The translations under genes were made by a program, and so were the position numbers. The notes beneath the pieces are model-generated. The model saw nothing but the letters and a program-made list of their open reading frames with translations. It was not told the origin of the DNA and searched no databases. Below are positions 58,401 through 64,000 of a DNA stretch of 64,000 nt, one piece after another (positions within the stretch are counted from its first letter, which is position 1; each line of letters starts with the position of its first letter). The DNA comes from Melioribacter roseus (lineage in GTDB: Bacteria; Bacteroidota; Ignavibacteria; Ignavibacteriales; Melioribacteraceae), in contig DYLN01000001.1 in assembly GCA_020722085.1 (NCBI GenBank), positions 1,368 through 65,367 on the forward strand, read 5' to 3'.

Positions 58401-59449
58401 CTGGTTTTCCTTTCAAAATATTTAAACCGTGCACCGACGGGAAAATGGTCGCTGTAACCTCCCAAGTATTTATTACCTCTAAAAGTCGGCAGTGGTGCAC
58501 TTGAATCGTCCTTTTTATTTTCAAGTATAAACTCCGGTTTAATGATTTCAAAGCTATCGCAAAAATAACTTAAACCGGAATTATCCAATAAACTCCCCGA
58601 AATAATAATCTGATCAAGAAGATTCCAGTCCTTTTTGTAACGATAAGTACCCAATCCTAATTTGTAATCGCTGAATGCAAGGTTGTAAAGTTTGCGTGCA
58701 TCTGATTTTGTTATCTGTGAGCAGTTAGCTGTATCCGCTTTCAATTTATTCAAAATGGAATTATCCGCAGGTTCGTCATTAAAGTCGCCGAGTATTATTA
58801 TTTTGTTATCCGGATCGAGATCTAATACGCTGTCAACTTTTCCGCGCAGAATTTCCGCTGCAATCTTTCTTTTATATTCCGTAGCTTCTGTGCCCATTCT
58901 TCTTGAAGGCCAGTGGTTTACAAAAATATGCAGTGAATCCAATCCTAATTTATATTTCAATGTAACATGAAGGATGTCGCGTGTTAAAGTTCCATCTGGA
59001 AGTTTAACTGGAATTTTTTGAACATGTAAAATGTCAAAAACATTTCTATCATAAAGTAAGCCGACATCAATTCCCCGCAGATCGGGAGAATCTCTGTGCA
59101 CAGTAATGTAATCTCTGCCGGTAAATTTGTAAACTATAAATTTCATCACACCTATGTTTTCTACTTCCTCGAAAGCAATTATATCCGGACCTTTTCCGTT
59201 ATTCATAAAATGTATACCTTCGGAAAGGTTCTCTATCTTTTTCATAAATTTTTCTTCTGTCCATTGTTTTTTACCTTCAGGCAAAAATTCATCATCGTTT
59301 TTTGCGGTATCATTAAACGTATCGAATAAGTTTTCGACGTTCCAGTTTGCTATATAAATAAATTTGTTATTAGCTTCCGTCTGACCGAATATTTTATAGG
59401 TGCAAAGAAAGCTGAGAGATATTACTGCGATAAAAAAATATTTTTTCAT
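58397..59449 (-). CDS. endonuclease/exonuclease/phosphatase (EEP) family protein, secreted
   Basis: IANWNVENLFD, FEEVEN, LGDFND, SDHFPV motifs. The start at ATG 59449 (MKKYFFIAVISLSF signal peptide) is preferred to the track start 59512, which would leave only 17 nt before divergent polA. Confidence 0.85.
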   Translation of the reverse strand: MKKYFFIAVISLSFLCTYKIFGQTEANNKFIYIANWNVENLFDTFNDTAKNDDEFLPEGKKQWTEEKFMKKIENLSEGIHFMNNGKGPDIIAFEEVENIGVMKFIVYKFTGRDYITVHRDSPDLRGIDVGLLYDRNVFDILHVQKIPVKLPDGTLTRDILHVTLKYKLGLDSLHIFVNHWPSRRMGTEATEYKRKIAAEILRGKVDSVLDLDPDNKIIILGDFNDEPADNSILNKLKADTANCSQITKSDARKLYNLAFSDYKLGLGTYRYKKDWNLLDQIIISGSLLDNSGLSYFCDSFEIIKPEFILENKKDDSSAPLPTFRGNKYLGGYSDHFPVGARFKYFERKTR

Positions 59450-59529
59450 AAGCTTCGGATCCTGTATTTGTGTTTGTATAAGTAATAGTATATTATTAAA
59501 GTTAAATTTCATTAATTCATAGCAATAAT

Positions 59530-62316
59530 ATGAAAAATAACAAAAAGAAATTTGTTTTTATTGATGCAATGTCGCTGGCTTATAGAGGCTATTTTGCTTT
59601 TATCAACAGACCTTTGTCAACCAAATCTGGTGAGCCCACTTCGGCGGTTTTCGGATTTGTCAATCAATTGCTGAAAATAATTGAAGATACCAAACCGGAT
59701 CACATTGCTGTTGCATTTGATTCGAAAGAAAAAACTTTTAGACATGAGCGTTACGAACTTTACAAATCATCCCGTCAGGAAATGCCGGAAGATATGGTTC
59801 CTCAATTGAAAAGAATCAGAGAAATCATCTCCGCTTTTAATATTCCTATTTATATTTTGCCCGGCTATGAAGCAGACGATCTTATTGGAACCGCATGTAA
59901 ATCAGCCGAAAAAAAGGGCTTTACGTGCTATGTCGTAACTCCTGACAAAGATTATATTCAGTTAATAACCGATAGCACTTTCCTTGTTAAACCTGGGAAA
60001 GCAACTGATGAAATTATAATTGTTGATAAAAAGAAAGTAAAAGAAGAACTTGGAATTGAACCTTCCCAAATGATTGATTATTTAGCTTTGATTGGCGATA
60101 AGGTTGACGATATTCCGGGTGTTGCCGGCATTGGTGAAAAAACTGCACAGCCGTTAATACAGCAATTCAAAAGCATCGAGGGCATTTACAAAAATATTGA
60201 TAAGATTGACAAAAAAAGTATTGTATCGAAGCTTATTGAAAATAAAGAAAACGCTTTCCTATCAAGAGAACTTGTCACAATTAAAACTGACGTGCCTGTC
60301 AAAATGAATTTTGACGATGCTAAATTTACAGAGCCCGACTTGAAAAAACTTAATCAAATTTTTTTGGAACTTGAGTTCAAGTCGATTGCTCTTAAAGTAA
60401 ATAAAATGTTCTCTTCACTCGAAGCCAACGAAACGAAAAAAGCAATTGAACAGGCTGAAGTTAAAGAGGAATCATTTTCATTTGATAAATCAAAAGTGAA
60501 ATATCACTTAATTACAACATTCAAAGATGCAAAAGCTTTAGCAGAAAAACTGATGCAGACGGAACTGTTTGTTTTTGATACCGAAACCGATTCGCTCGAT
60601 CCTTTTGAAGTAAAACTTGCAGGCTGTTCATTCTGCATTAAATCAAAAGAAGCATATTTTGTAGCAACTAACCCGATAACGGAATCGGAAGGACTTTTCT
60701 CCAATGATCTTTCGGAACGATTACCAGTTGACGATTTCGTAAAATTGTTCAAGCCAGTACTCGAAAACAAAAGGATTAAAAAAGTCTGTCAGAATGGGAA
60801 ATATGACATTTCCGTAATGAGACACTATAATATAAACGTAGAAAATTTTTATTTCGATACTATGCTTGCAAGCTATGTACTCGACCCAGATCAAAAACAC
60901 GGATTGGACGACCTCTCGGAAAAATATCTTAATTATAAACCGATTCCTTTAAGTGAACTTATCGGGACAAAAAAGGAGCCGGCAAAAATTTTTGAAGTAG
61001 ATGCAGAGCAACTGTCAAATTACTCGTGCGAAGATTCGGATATAACATTCCGTCTTTACGAAAAACTTCAGAACGAACTGATAAAAGAAAAACTCGATAA
61101 GCTCGCTTTCGAAGTTGAATTCCCGCTCGTGCTCGTTCTGGAAGATATGGAAAGAACTGGCGTTCATATCGACAGGAAAGCATTAAAAGATTTCAGCGAA
61201 GAACTCCAAAGCCGCATGGAATATTATACCGATCAAATTTATGAACTTGCCGGCGAAAAGTTTAATATTAATTCTACACAGCAACTTCAGAAAATATTGT
61301 TTGACAAACTTAAACTCTCCAGAACTACCAAAACTAAAACTGGTTATTCTACAGATGCACGCGCACTCGAATCACTCAAGGGAGAGCACCAAATAATCGA
61401 TCTTATTTTAGATTACCGTCAGGTTGCAAAATTAAAAACAACTTATGCAGACTCCCTCCCGAAATTAATTCATCCCAAAACCGGAAGAGTTCATACTTCT
61501 TTTAATCAGACTGCCGCTTCTACCGGAAGACTTTCAAGCAACGACCCTAATCTTCAGAACATTCCTATTAGAACGGAACTCGGCAAGGAAATTCGCAAAG
61601 CTTTCGTTCCACGTGATAAAAATTATTTAATCTTAAGTGCGGATTACAGCCAGATCGAATTAAGAATAATGGCAAGTATTTGCGAAGACAAAAATTTAAT
61701 TAAAGCATTTAACTCAGGCGAAGATATTCACAGAAGCACTGCTGCACTTGTTTTTCAGGTTAAGCCGGAAGAGGTTACCGCTGATATGAGAAGAAAAGCA
61801 AAGGAGGTTAATTTCGGAATTCTTTATGGAATTGGTCCGTTTGGATTAAAATCGCGTCTTGGCATTTCACAAAATCACGCCAAAGATATTATCGAAACAT
61901 ATTTCGGGACTTTCCAGAATGTAAAAAGGTTCATGAACGATTCGGTAAACTTTGCAAAAGAAAAAGGATATGCTGAAACTCTGCTTAAAAGAAGAAGATA
62001 CTTAAAAAACATCAACAGCAATAACAAAGTTGTACGGCAATTTGAAGAACGCGTTGCCATAAATATGCCGATTCAAGGAACAGCAGCAGATATGATAAAA
62101 CTCGCTATGATTAAAATTCACAAAGAAATGGAAAAGAAGAAATTCAAATCAAAGATGGTACTGCAGGTCCATGATGAATTAGTATTCGACGCTCACAAAG
62201 AAGAAATTAATGATTTGAAACCGCTCATCAAAAACTTAATGGAAACTGCTCTGCCGCTTAAAGTTCCTGTGGTTGTTGATATTGGTGTGGGCGATAATTG
62301 GTTAGATGCACATTAA
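59530..62316 (+). CDS. polA: DNA polymerase I
   Basis: 928 aa. 5-prime nuclease domain, 3-prime to 5-prime exo motif FDTETDSL. Pol motifs DYSQIELR, RRKAKEVNFGILYG, QVHDE. Confidence 0.96.
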   Translation: MKNNKKKFVFIDAMSLAYRGYFAFINRPLSTKSGEPTSAVFGFVNQLLKIIEDTKPDHIAVAFDSKEKTFRHERYELYKSSRQEMPEDMVPQLKRIREIISAFNIPIYILPGYEADDLIGTACKSAEKKGFTCYVVTPDKDYIQLITDSTFLVKPGKATDEIIIVDKKKVKEELGIEPSQMIDYLALIGDKVDDIPGVAGIGEKTAQPLIQQFKSIEGIYKNIDKIDKKSIVSKLIENKENAFLSRELVTIKTDVPVKMNFDDAKFTEPDLKKLNQIFLELEFKSIALKVNKMFSSLEANETKKAIEQAEVKEESFSFDKSKVKYHLITTFKDAKALAEKLMQTELFVFDTETDSLDPFEVKLAGCSFCIKSKEAYFVATNPITESEGLFSNDLSERLPVDDFVKLFKPVLENKRIKKVCQNGKYDISVMRHYNINVENFYFDTMLASYVLDPDQKHGLDDLSEKYLNYKPIPLSELIGTKKEPAKIFEVDAEQLSNYSCEDSDITFRLYEKLQNELIKEKLDKLAFEVEFPLVLVLEDMERTGVHIDRKALKDFSEELQSRMEYYTDQIYELAGEKFNINSTQQLQKILFDKLKLSRTTKTKTGYSTDARALESLKGEHQIIDLILDYRQVAKLKTTYADSLPKLIHPKTGRVHTSFNQTAASTGRLSSNDPNLQNIPIRTELGKEIRKAFVPRDKNYLILSADYSQIELRIMASICEDKNLIKAFNSGEDIHRSTAALVFQVKPEEVTADMRRKAKEVNFGILYGIGPFGLKSRLGISQNHAKDIIETYFGTFQNVKRFMNDSVNFAKEKGYAETLLKRRRYLKNINSNNKVVRQFEERVAINMPIQGTAADMIKLAMIKIHKEMEKKKFKSKMVLQVHDELVFDAHKEEINDLKPLIKNLMETALPLKVPVVVDIGVGDNWLDAH

Positions 62317-62342
62317 TATATTTAATTTAGACTTAGTCAACA

Positions 62343-62960
62343 TTAATCGCTCAAAAAACGAAAGATAAGATAACCTATATTTATTTGAAGCATGCTCAAC
62401 GCTATGCCGCTGTATAAATCAAGTTTATTCACTTCATCAAGAATAGCTGAATTTCTTTTTTTTATGTAATCATCATATTTTTTGTCTGCATGAATTTTAA
62501 AATAAGCAGCCGCTGCTCCGAAAGCTGCAGCACTGCCGAGCAAAACTTTAAACCACGCCGATTCAAAAAAATCTTCATTGCTTTTTTCTGCACCCGAAAA
62601 TTCCAGGTGATATATTTTGTTTACCGTTGAACTGGAATTAAATAGCGTTTTCTTTTTGAGCTTATAAGTTAACTGTTTAGCGAGTCCGCAATCATCAATA
62701 TTTATTGTATCTTTTATAAATGCTCCGTTCCACGAATATTTATTTTGTTTAATAAGTACTTCATATCTGCCTTTGTTTAATTTTATTACCGTGTTTCCCT
62801 TCCCTACAATTTTATTATTAATAAAAATTAAGGCGGTATCTACATTTGTCAAAATGCTTATTTCGGAAAAGCAGTCCTGCCCGTACAAAAAAGAAGAAGC
62901 AAAAATCATAATTAATCCGGCGGCTAAAACATTTTTAATATGTGCCGACTTTATACGCAT
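62343..62960 (-). CDS. hypothetical protein, possible PEGA-like domain with C-terminal TM helices
   Basis: 205 aa. Signal/anchor N-terminus. ALIFINNKIVGKGNTVIKLNKGRYEVLIKQ resembles a PEGA beta-sandwich. Confidence 0.4.
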   Translation of the reverse strand: MRIKSAHIKNVLAAGLIMIFASSFLYGQDCFSEISILTNVDTALIFINNKIVGKGNTVIKLNKGRYEVLIKQNKYSWNGAFIKDTINIDDCGLAKQLTYKLKKKTLFNSSSTVNKIYHLEFSGAEKSNEDFFESAWFKVLLGSAAAFGAAAAYFKIHADKKYDDYIKKRNSAILDEVNKLDLYSGIALSMLQINIGYLIFRFLSD

Positions 62961-64000
62961 AAATATTTCCTTTATCTACGCCGATATACAAAGTATTGTT
63001 ATAAAACAAGGGAGTTGTTCTTACTTTTTCCGGATAATCAATTGACTTAACTATTTTACCGGATGAAACATTAACCATATACAATTTCTTATTTTGATTT
63101 GGCTGTAAAAGCAGGTTGCTGCTCAGAAGAGGGGTTACATCTATAACACCTCCGGTTTCACATTTCCAGTTTAATCTGCCGGTATTTATATTGAATGAAA
63201 AAATATCCCCATGCAAATTGCTTACAAAAACAGTTGAATCGTTTACTACCGGAAGTGTTTTAATTTTAAATCCGGTTTTGTTCTTCCACAAAACTTTACC
63301 TGATGCTAATTCAAGACAGAAGAGGTTCCCCTCATTGTCGCCGATAAAAGCTCTATTATTTTTGATAACAACTCCGCTCTCGAAAGCAGAAGAAATTTTC
63401 AACCTATAATTAACTTCTCTAGAGGCAAGGTTTACTGACAACACCTCTCCGTTCTGATTTCCAAAAATCAAGTTGTTTTTAAATAAAGCCGGAGAGGAAA
63501 ATGTCTGTACTCCGGTTTTAAACTCCCACAATTTTAATCCGGCGTACGAAAATGAGTATAACGTTCCTTGATCACTTAGTACAAAAATTCCGCTGCCGTT
63601 ATCCACCAATTCGTTGTGAACACTTCCTTCAATTCTTGCTCGCTCTATTACTTTAGGAAAATTCATATCATAATAAACTACTGATGAATATTTTTCATTG
63701 TAATCATTGAGGGCAAAAATTAATTCTTGTTTATAAATTAACGGTGCTGTAGATATTGAACCCGAATACTTTGATGTACCTAAAAAATTTCCATTTTCAT
63801 CGTAAGCATAAACTTTGCCGCTTAAATCAGAAACGAAAAGATATTTATCATAAATAATTAAAGAGGAACTCTGCTGGCTGCCTTCTGTTTCTACATCCCA
63901 CAATTTTTGCCATGTAGTATCCAGGTTTTCTTTGAGAAAATAATTTCGCTGGTAATTTCCTCCGTAAATTGTAAATCCAGGTTTATCCACAAAAAAATCT
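62935..64000 (-). CDS. PQQ-like beta-propeller repeat protein (BamB-like); possibly partial
   Basis: Repeated G.hYA/F..D..G..LW motifs (GKVYAYDENG, GTLYSFSYAGLKLW, GNLFCLELASGKVLW, GDIFSFNINTGRLNW, GNIYAYK). The track start is GTG 63990, but the frame stays open to the window end. Confidence 0.65.
   Translation of the reverse strand, partial: DFFVDKPGFTIYGGNYQRNYFLKENLDTTWQKLWDVETEGSQQSSSLIIYDKYLFVSDLSGKVYAYDENGNFLGTSKYSGSISTAPLIYKQELIFALNDYNEKYSSVVYYDMNFPKVIERARIEGSVHNELVDNGSGIFVLSDQGTLYSFSYAGLKLWEFKTGVQTFSSPALFKNNLIFGNQNGEVLSVNLASREVNYRLKISSAFESGVVIKNNRAFIGDNEGNLFCLELASGKVLWKNKTGFKIKTLPVVNDSTVFVSNLHGDIFSFNINTGRLNWKCETGGVIDVTPLLSSNLLLQPNQNKKLYMVNVSSGKIVKSIDYPEKVRTTPLFYNNTLYIGVDKGNIYAYKVGTY

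Noticed and set aside
63983-63991. Perfect DnaA-box 9-mer TTATCCACA
   Set aside because: It is a single occurrence inside a coding frame at the window edge. Only scattered 8-of-9 matches occur elsewhere (for example near 40920 and 31971) and there is no cluster or AT-rich unwinding region. About one chance hit is expected in 64 kb on both strands.

Overview
AT-rich, densely packed chromosomal segment with about 70 CDS and one tRNA. There is no rRNA, CRISPR array, transposase, phage gene, toxin-antitoxin pair or recognisable defence gene. Nearly everything is housekeeping: parAB, polA, topA, holB, ssb, mutS2, scpAB, xerC/D-like, lysS, trpS, mnmA, ybeY, rpe, folP, cdaA, aroQ, purF, ftsY, accBC, hprK-hpf, thiolase/hbd, ggt, acpS and ExbB-ExbD-ExbD. 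Several features point to a Gram-negative of the Fibrobacteres-Chlorobi-Bacteroidetes group, Ignavibacteria-like: a DUF5683 gene after parB, an alternative GlmU-like nucleotidyltransferase, holB-PSP1 synteny, a FadL-type outer membrane protein, a BamB-like propeller and three GT9 LPS-core genes. AGGAGG-type Shine-Dalgarno sequences are visible at several starts. From 21.5 to 59.5 kb every call lies on the minus strand. I do not see a convincing novel multi-gene system; this looks like core genome. The items most worth a second look are: (1) a single 155-nt, GC-enriched, three-tier imperfect hairpin between the FadL-family and SPOR genes (48988-49142); (2) an HNH endonuclease gene whose conserved N-terminus lies upstream of any usable start codon, consistent with a 1-nt indel in a CCCGGG run; (3) a tightly overlapping rhodanese / MauE-DoxX / three GT9 / homocysteine-methyltransferase-domain operon in which two of the GT9 proteins carry a CxxCx4Cx5C cluster; (4) a roughly 125-aa N-terminal extension on FolP; (5) a kinase-less triple-PASTA protein next to rpe. 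One partial gene at the left edge (1-819, minus strand) is missing from the supplied ORF track and was found by manual translation.
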